NCBI GenBank assembly: GCA_051942245.1
Contig: JAVECL010000259.1
Coordinates: 1 to 32,505 of the forward strand
Origin: Trypethelium eluteriae
Taxonomy: Eukaryota
Reading direction: 5' to 3'
DNA: 32,505 bases
The position numbers and the translations under genes were made by a program. Numbering within the stretch: position 1 is the first letter of the stretch; each line of letters begins with the position of its first letter. Below the pieces are notes generated by a model that searched no databases, was not told the DNA's origin, and saw only the letters and a program-made list of their open reading frames with translations. Positions 24,730 to 32,505 of the stretch are shown here, piece after piece.

Positions 24730-25357
24730 GTTCTCTTCCTAGAGCCCAACTCGAATGACAGACATCAAAGATGCATCAAAGAGACAGTTTCCCTGCCCAC
24801 CTAGACTGCTTATGCTGCTCACGCTAGATATCAAACTCTACCGACTTTGTTATCCTTCTATCACTCACTAGGGTTTCGTCTCGTTACCTTCTTTCCTTGC
24901 AAACTCGTCAGGCAGTGCTCTAACAGCCTCTGCAAAAGACTTGTTATTCTGTAGCCTCTCCCGAAAGACCTGCTCACCTAATATGGAAGTGAAGTCCTCA
25001 GTAATTGCGCAGTTCGCAGTTCGCATTCATGCACGTCTGCGACGGAGCCCTTTCGCCCATGTGGAGAGTGTTTCCATTTACTCTACAGCGCTAGCGTGGC
25101 TGTATTGGGACTAATTAATGTGGCTAATCGTCGTGGCGTAGCTTCGCCTATCGGCATCTCCAACAGGGAAACCAAATTAATTCAAAGGGCCGTCTTCGGT
25201 CTTGAGATCCTTGTGTAGCTGTCGTGCGGCTGAAAACACAGCCGCTGGTGGTGCTTCGATTTCAGCCTTGTTGCCTGTAGCAAATACAAAACGATCATGA
25301 GAGTCCGCTGGCTTGTAAACCATCTCCTAAGCTCCCTGCAAAATCGCCTTCTACTCC

Positions 25358-28300
25358 ATGGCGGCTGGCCTTGGAGAGGCGAGCGCCATTTTCGCCGTTG
25401 CAGATGCAGGCCTAAAATTTTCCACTACTCTGTTAGAGTACATACGCGAGGCCAAAGGAGCTCCGGCTCAGATCAACCGAATCGCCAATGTGATCGAAAC
25501 TACGAGCGAGCAACTGAAGCAAGTCGGACAGCTTATTGACAACAATGTGCGTCGGAAAGTTTTGAGCGATTCTGGTGTGAGCTCTGCACAGCGATGTTCC
25601 GATGAGTGTAACCAGATCCTAAAAACTCTTCGCATGACATTGTGCAAGAATGGCTGGCAGCAAAATTTTGGAGACGCCAATGCCGATATCGATATTAGCC
25701 TTTGGTCAGCTATGCAATGGCCGTTCATCAAACCCAAACTGGAAGCACCGCGCGCAGAACTCGACCGTATCAAGCTCGATCTAACATTTATATTGACCCT
25801 TGCCAGTGTCTTACAAGCGTAAGAACGATTTTGTGTTCATGATTGTTTCATAAATTACCATGTTACTCACGTAGCCTAGGTCAACTCCAGAAGAGCAAGC
25901 CCGCAGAGGTGAGCAAATTCCCGAGATCGAAAGAGCTCGGGAGTGGGCGGCACGTCGGGTAGCGAAGGCCAAAATGAAGCCGGCTCACACGCAACGACAA
26001 AGAAGACCACGATATGTACCATACGACGATACGGAAAGCGATTTTGAGGACGATGAGATACTTAGTGAGTTCATGACTTACAAAGAGCGTCGCGTCGCCG
26101 ATCAAGAAGAGCAAAGGCACCGGGCCCAGGCTGCATTAATAGCGGCCGAGGAAGCGAAGAAAGAAGAAGAAGTTAAGCAGCAGCGACAGGCAATCGTGAT
26201 GCAGGCACGAGAAGACTTCAAAGACGAAATTCGCAGAGAGAATGAAGAACGTGAAATGCGACAGCAAAAAGTGAAGGATCGTCTGCGCGACGAATTGTTG
26301 AAGCTCAAACTCCCTCCAGAGCAAGTCCGGTCCATAGCAGAGAGTGTAGACCTTAGTATTGACGAAAACCCGGATGCTATCAAATTGATGGCATACGTCG
26401 GGCAAAAAGACGGCTCTCCTTCTGGAGAAAGTCTTGATGATGAGATGTCTGTGAAGACTGAAGCTAGCTCGCTCCGACGAAACTCTTCTGTGTTACCATG
26501 GTAAGCCTAAATCACTAGAGGCTACTGGGGATTATGTCGTCTGGGCTAAATCAGTCATTCAGGAAACGCTCGAAAGGTCCAAAGAGTAAAGACAATTTGT
26601 CGACTTCGAACAACTCTCCGGGGTCATCCTTAATGGCCGGCCTTGCGACCAGCGGGATGCAGCTTGCCGCCTGGACATTGGACCTAGTTACCTCGCATGC
26701 AGTGGAGCTTGGCCATCCTCAAGAGTGGCTGAGGCACTACCTTGTCGGAAATCTCCAAAGGGAGGGGATGCAAGGCGTCAAAATGCTCTCTCGGCGGTGT
26801 GCCCAACTCTCGCCACAGTCCTGGAAGGTACTCTCGGACTTCATCGGCCGAAAGAACGGCGAAGAACTCGGCAATTCCCAGATTCACTGGGTCCTCTTGT
26901 ATGTCGACCATGCTCCCAAAAGCTCAAGAAATCATCTTTTCAGCCGAAGAAGAATATCTCCTTCGTTGGAAATTATTCTAGGTAGGCAGGATAGAAGAGG
27001 TCCAGCTTGGGTTTACGCCGACTCATCTGACAAAAAATCCGCTATCTCATCGAATGGGACGAATTCTCTGCAGGGAGGCCCTCCCGCAAGAAAGGCAACT
27101 CCTGTACCTGTTGAAGCGAACTCCGGCGATGGATTCGCTGTGAATCAAGGACAACCATGGCCTGCGGACGATGATATCTCCTTATCCAATGATAGAAAGA
27201 CTAGCGAGAATACGATGGAGAATAAAGACAGTCGAGGTACAACGTCGCTACACCCAGCCAAAAGCTCCATGAAACAGCAGTCACCATTGAACCATGGAAC
27301 TAAGGTTGAGCTACCAAAGGTCTCATTTGAGGAACCAAATCTATCTCGTGATGATAGGGTCATGGATGAAGATAGATCGACGAATTATCCTGGAGACTAC
27401 CGCGATCCCTCATTTGATCCCCCCAATCTATCGGGTGATTACGGGTCTAGAAATTGGCCACCGCCAAGTCCATACGCAGTCTCTTATCCAGCCGCGTCTA
27501 GCTACTATAACGACTGGAATCATTATCCACCACAGCCTACCTATCGGTGGTCCGCAGAACCAAATTCCGCAGGTAATCTACGCTATCCGTATGATAGAGG
27601 CCATGGTCCCCGGTCGCGCTCAACAGATTCCTCGATGCCACATATCAACATCTATCGAGACTCATCAGAGGATGCCTGGCTTTCTCGGTATAGACACGGT
27701 TATGAAGAGACCCCTTTCAGAAGCAGTCGAGATAGGAATCGACCAGGAAGCCATTACGAAGAAGGGCTTGATGAACTACCCCGGAGGAGTCGATCTCGCA
27801 ATCACGTAGATACATACAACATTCCACCGCCAGCGCACAGTCGCACTCGAAGTCCGTCGCCGCCAGTAGCTATGCACAACCGCTACTACAACGCCGGGCT
27901 GAATCCAGAAGCAAACGCTTGGGGTAGTGGCCTGCACCGCTCCTACTCACATGGGTATGCTCCCGCCCCCCAAGTCAATATCTATCAAGACATCGCGCAA
28001 GACGCGCTGCAGCGGACTGACCCTTCCATTCCCGAGTGGTCCAGCAGTGATGACAACTATGGGGAAATGACTCGGAACGCGAAAAGGGAAGAATCCCAAA
28101 GCTCAGACAGAAGGAAGAAGCGAATGAAACCTAGATCTTACCCTGGTACGGACGAGAGAGAATCTATTGTTATTAGGCCGACTCATTCAAGAGCTTCTAG
28201 AAGTCCATCATCAATGGGCTACTATCAGACACCGTATAGGCCCTACAGGTCTCCCCAAGTCAGAGGACAGAGTAGAGACCCTGATAACGAGTATTATCGC

Positions 28301-29717
28301 AGTCCCTATGGCCGGAGCCCGGCTCGTAGGAATAGTCGTAGTCGGAGTGCTGATAACCTCGAGAAATATCCTAGTCGGGGGGCCCGGCCCGGAAGTTACC
28401 GTGAGTCAGAATGGGCATTGGTACCTTATACAAGGAACAACCCCGTTACATTGTCGCCTGTCTCAGAAGCCTCTGCCGGCGGCTTTGAGGAGCGAACTGA
28501 GTCTGAGTCGGATATCAGAAAGGCCAGTGGCTTGGAACATGTTGCACAGTTGACACCGAATGACAACGAGACAATCCTCAAGGCACTGCAAGAATATACT
28601 ACTTTCGAAAATAGAGCAACTGAAGCATCTTCGACGAGCGTGAAGGAGGACCTCGTTTCGAAAGAGCGGCCAGGGAAACGGGGAAAAACCAAGGCACCAA
28701 AGAGACTTATGAACAAAGATATTCTGCGCGAGTATGGATCTGTTTCAGAAGAGGTACGTATTGTGAGAGAACGAAAGCAAAACCCATCTGTATCCTTCAA
28801 AATTCACGACCGAGCTAAAACGTTCATAGGGAGACCACTACATACTCGACAAAGCTCTTGAGAAAGAGCAGATTGATGAAATCATCAGGAGGAGTAAGGA
28901 AGTTCAACGCACCATCGGCTCTCCAGAAATCACTTATTCCTTCGGAGAAGCAACGTCAACAAGTGGTAGACAGGGCTCTAGTTACAAAGAATCCGGCGGT
29001 TCTAATGCAAGAACAGAGGCTAATGACAATGGATCCATCATTGAGCAAGCCAAAGACCCTGGCATCGACGCGGAATATGCGCTCGGCCGCATTGTCGTGG
29101 ACAACAGTGATTCTGCTTCCGTGGGTCCAGATGACAGCGTTTCACGAGTCAATCGCCTGAGGTCAAGGTCTAGAGACGACTCTGAAAGCAATGCAGAAGT
29201 GGCAGAACAGACCCGGCCGAAATATCTGGTTGAAAAACCTGAGTGGACCCCATTAGCTAAGGAATGGACGAGTCAAGGGTCATTGCGGAAGAAGAAGAAG
29301 GGCAGGAAGAAGCAGGCAAAATTTGTCGACGGCCCGCCGCTAGATGATCAGAGCGAACCTGACGTCGTCGTGAAGGAAACGATATCGGAACCCGATCGCC
29401 GCCAGACAAAGAGAAGAGTTAAGGGACGGAAAGCTGAGGTAGATGAAGACTCGACGCGTTTGTCTCCTCCCTTAGGTGAAGATCATGACACCGCAGCCGA
29501 TGCAGAGGGACAGGAATCTCGGTCTCTTTCAAGGCAAGATGAGAATGAACGCAGAGGAAGGCATGATGAGCAGGACAAGGAATTCTTTGCACCAGTGCCA
29601 CCACCACCGCCACCTCCCGATTGGTTTGAGGAGCAGCGCTCAAACTTACACCGTATTGCGTCCCCCTCCGGACAGTCACGCTCACGTGCGGCTACTGTCG
29701 AGGACTTTGACGAGTGA
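25358..29717 (+). CDS. Large hypothetical protein (~1386 aa): HeLo-like/SesA-type fungal N-terminal domain, coiled coil, long S/R/P/Y-rich disordered region; exons 25358-25818, 25880-26500, 26563-28753, 28830-29717
   Basis: Three GT-AG introns (25819-25879, 26501-26562, 28754-28829) join four track ORFs in frame. N-terminus MAAGLGEASAIFAVADAGLKFSTTL...WSAMQWPFIKPKLEAPRAELDRIKLDL fits the pattern of that domain class. E/K/R/Q coiled coil in exon 2. Confidence 0.82.
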
Positions 29718-32319
29718 AAGCATGAAGTCCGTCCATAGCATCCGGTAGAGCATTCCCCACATCTATGTGTTTCTCTGAGTCTGATATTGAAGGCCGTTGT
29801 CTCTTAGCCAATCAGCTGGGTGACGAATCGTATACCGTTGGTCGTGCGACTAGAAGTTGGGGTGGCTGGAGCTCAGTGGACCAGACTGTCTCCGAGTGAT
29901 GACTAAGCCATCGTATGCCCCTCATGGAAACACCATCAGCTTGACGACCGTCTCCTTACAAAGCCACCTAAGTACCTGTGCAAAAGGGCATGCTTGAACA
30001 GATACAAAGACGACTGGTTCAAGTTCTCTAGTCATCATCTAGACAAACGAATCATCCAGTAGTCGCCTACAACGAACGAGCTTGGGGATTGTGGGCACAC
30101 TGTCTCAGAAAGATATCGACCGCAGCCTGCTCTTCTATAAGATCTCAGAGAAGCTTGGAAAATCATTCTCGCGATTCGAGTCGAAAGGAAAAAGGAGTAC
30201 GGCATGATACAGGAAATATTGGACGCAGATACTGCGTCTTGTCTAGAGGTAAATCGATTATTCTGGGTGTCCTCAGACGGAGAAGCATTTTCGAGCAGAG
30301 GCACTTCCAATTGGAGAATGTATCATGAACAACTTTTTGCTTCTCTTCTTTACATTTTTGGTATACTGCAGGGGATGAAGAAAATCTCTACAAGCATACT
30401 CTTGCGTTTTGAGCTCGATTGCTGTAGTAGTCTCCTAGATGCTATTCGGTGATGGACAAATCACGAGCTGGGATTGATCTCGCGAAGAACAAGAAGAAGC
30501 TGCTACCATGTGTATGGATGCGTGTTGCTACGAACCTTCCAAAATGAACATCTCGTTTTATCTTGCGATTTACGACTTTTCTTTCTCCAGCCCACCATCA
30601 TATGCGATTCTTCCCGTTCTAGTGATACTTGTGTCTCAAAATGGCATTTCTAAAGAGCTTTCTCACTCTGATCCTTCCACAGCCTCGCATCAGCAGCAAC
30701 ACGAACGACGCCACCGCTATCGACACCGCCGCCCTTACCGCCGCCATCGCATCCATCTCCTCTCCCTCTCTCCAGTTCCAGTCAAGGGCAAGCTTGCTCC
30801 CAAGCTCGCAGTTGGACGGACTCTGTCGTGATAGCTCCCGGTCTGGAAGCCGTGCGGATCCTACTAAGGCAACCTCCAGTTCCAAAGACTGCTGACAAGG
30901 ACTTGCTCAGCCTTCGATTCTGGCCTCGCCCCACCGCATCCAACCCCGACAAGCCAATGTGAGCCTCCGACAGCGGCGCTCTCATACTTAACATATGGCT
31001 GACAATTGGATGGCCTTCCGGGAGACAACCACACGTCACGGCGGTAGCGCCAGTAGTGCATGGTATGGCAGTGGATGCAGCTGTTGCTTTAGTACTTGCG
31101 ATAGTCGTACCGGCAACAACGAAAGTTGCCCTGCCTGCTGGAGTCCGGGTCTTCACGGTGAGCATCAGACTGGAACATTCCCCACCGTGAACCGAGCAGT
31201 TTCTAGCTGACGATAAGTCCTAGAGGTTACTCCACGAGACCGACCTCGCCTGCCACGACGCCGTACTAATACCCGCCGCCCGTCCCTCCTGAACCCTCTG
31301 CGGCGTCTCCTCGGCCGCCAGCCGATCTACCGTGGGTTCTCTCACTCTCGTAGATTTGGGGCTAAAGTAGTTCTAAAGGGCAACTCAGTGCTGACGCTGT
31401 AGCTGTGGTAGGGCGTAGCCTGCGGATCCTAGGGCCGGGAAGGCCGAGGAGGTGGTTCTTTGTGAGGGATAACTGGACATGTGAGATGGAGTGGGAACCG
31501 GAATGGGAGATACAAATTGGCGCAGATCTCGATTTAACGCTACCCCAGGTGACGAGCGGGATGGGCCAGGCGTTGGCAGCGTAGGGACTGAAGCACCGGT
31601 GCCGCCGTTCGTTCCGACCCTATTTGTACCTGGGTCAAGTCCCAGAAATAATACCAAAATTGATCCTCTTGGTTTTCTTCTTCTCTAACTTCTCCCTGTT
31701 CAAGCTTTTGGCCTGACTTAACGTGCGTAGCCGTGTAAGTCGTCAGGAGGTACTGTAGGGAGCAATGCCCAGTGCACTGCCCTATACATTCGAGTACGTA
31801 ACGCTTTTCTCCAAGGATCTTATCCCAATGCACAATGCACAAGCTTGATGTCACCGCTGAGTGAATGATGTGGGCATAAGATCAGAAACTTTTGTCAAGA
31901 AAATTTCACATCCAATTCAGGGTCTCACAGCGTCGCTTCGACCTTGCTTACAGATACTCCGAAGACCTGACCGAAATCCAGCTAACAGACTGCTGTGGAA
32001 GTTCTGCATGCCTTATTAAAAATTCGAATCCAGGTCAGAGACGTGATGATATGCTCAAGTTCAAGTATCGTCATTATGGTAAGCCCATCTTACACTAATT
32101 ACAGATCTCTGACTTCACCCGTATGTCCGATTTTATGTCCCACAAGAGAGTGACGACGCCTCCAGGACTCCAACAGTGATTATTAGCTAAATGCAAGGCA
32201 TAGCAACCAGGATCATGACCGCACCACTGTAATCCCAGCCCATCTCATTACCAATCCCAATATGCACAAATGAAGGACTCCCCTCATCTCTTCCCCTCTC
32301 TACCATTCTCTCCCCTCAC

Positions 32320-32505
32320 CTACATACTCGCCAACTCCAAATCAATCTGCCGATCCAAAAACGCCCTCCGCTCCCCACTCAACGAACACTGCAACCTCTG
32401 CTCCACCAACGCCCTTACGCCCTTCTTCGTCACACTCTCCAAATCCACCTCCTTCAAACACTCGCGCACCGCCTCCGCAATCATCGCATCGGTCGGCCCC
32501 GCTCC
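32320..32505 (-). CDS. 3' end (DEK-C domain) of a myosin-motor-type chitin synthase, CsmB/ChsVb-like; truncated by the window edge
   Basis: Minus frame reads [61 protein letters not shown], matching the tail I recall for CsmB-type enzymes ([20 protein letters not shown]...FLDRQID.EL..M). Not in the ORF track. Confidence 0.85.
   Translation of the reverse strand, partial: GAGPTDAMIAEAVRECLKEVDLESVTKKGVRALVEQRLQCSLSGERRAFLDRQIDLELASM

Noticed and set aside
24723..24955. Terminal or 3'-UTR intron in UPF2 (autoregulation idea)
   Set aside because: Donor GTGCTA is poor and no acceptor gives a convincing final exon.
28670..28690. PGKRGKT as a Walker A motif
   Set aside because: Spacing is not GxxxxGK[ST]; no preceding beta strand or Walker B, so not an NLR.
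30508..31690. GC-rich overlapping short ORFs on both strands
   Set aside because: No consistent frame, splice chain or domain; a decayed gene cannot be excluded.
32281..32505. Strong C/T versus G/A strand skew
   Set aside because: Explained by G-rich codon usage at the 3' end of the minus-strand chitin synthase; similar skew occurs at 19850-20100.

Overview
Eukaryotic DNA from a filamentous ascomycete (Pezizomycotina-type short introns with CTRAC branch points). Confident genes: a sugar-porter MFS transporter (3399-5383 +), glycogen phosphorylase (13477-16220 -) divergent from a ChsD/ChsG-type chitin synthase (17604-20042 +), NMD factor UPF2 (20836-24729 +), a ~1386-aa protein with a HeLo-like/SesA-type N-terminal domain but no NTPase (25358-29717 +), and the DEK-C tail of a myosin-motor-type chitin synthase cut by the right edge (32320-32505 -). 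Signals the ORF track misses: a 54-aa Cys/His zinc-finger-like microprotein with spliced 5' UTR (11119-11283 +), a 185-bp fold-back (7982-8166), a stop-free in-frame GC-AG intron inside the UPF1-binding hairpin of UPF2, and a triple CreA-type site upstream of glycogen phosphorylase. No tRNA, rRNA, CRISPR or intact transposase was recognised. I cannot demonstrate a new multi-gene system. All gene models were assembled by eye; no database searches were run.
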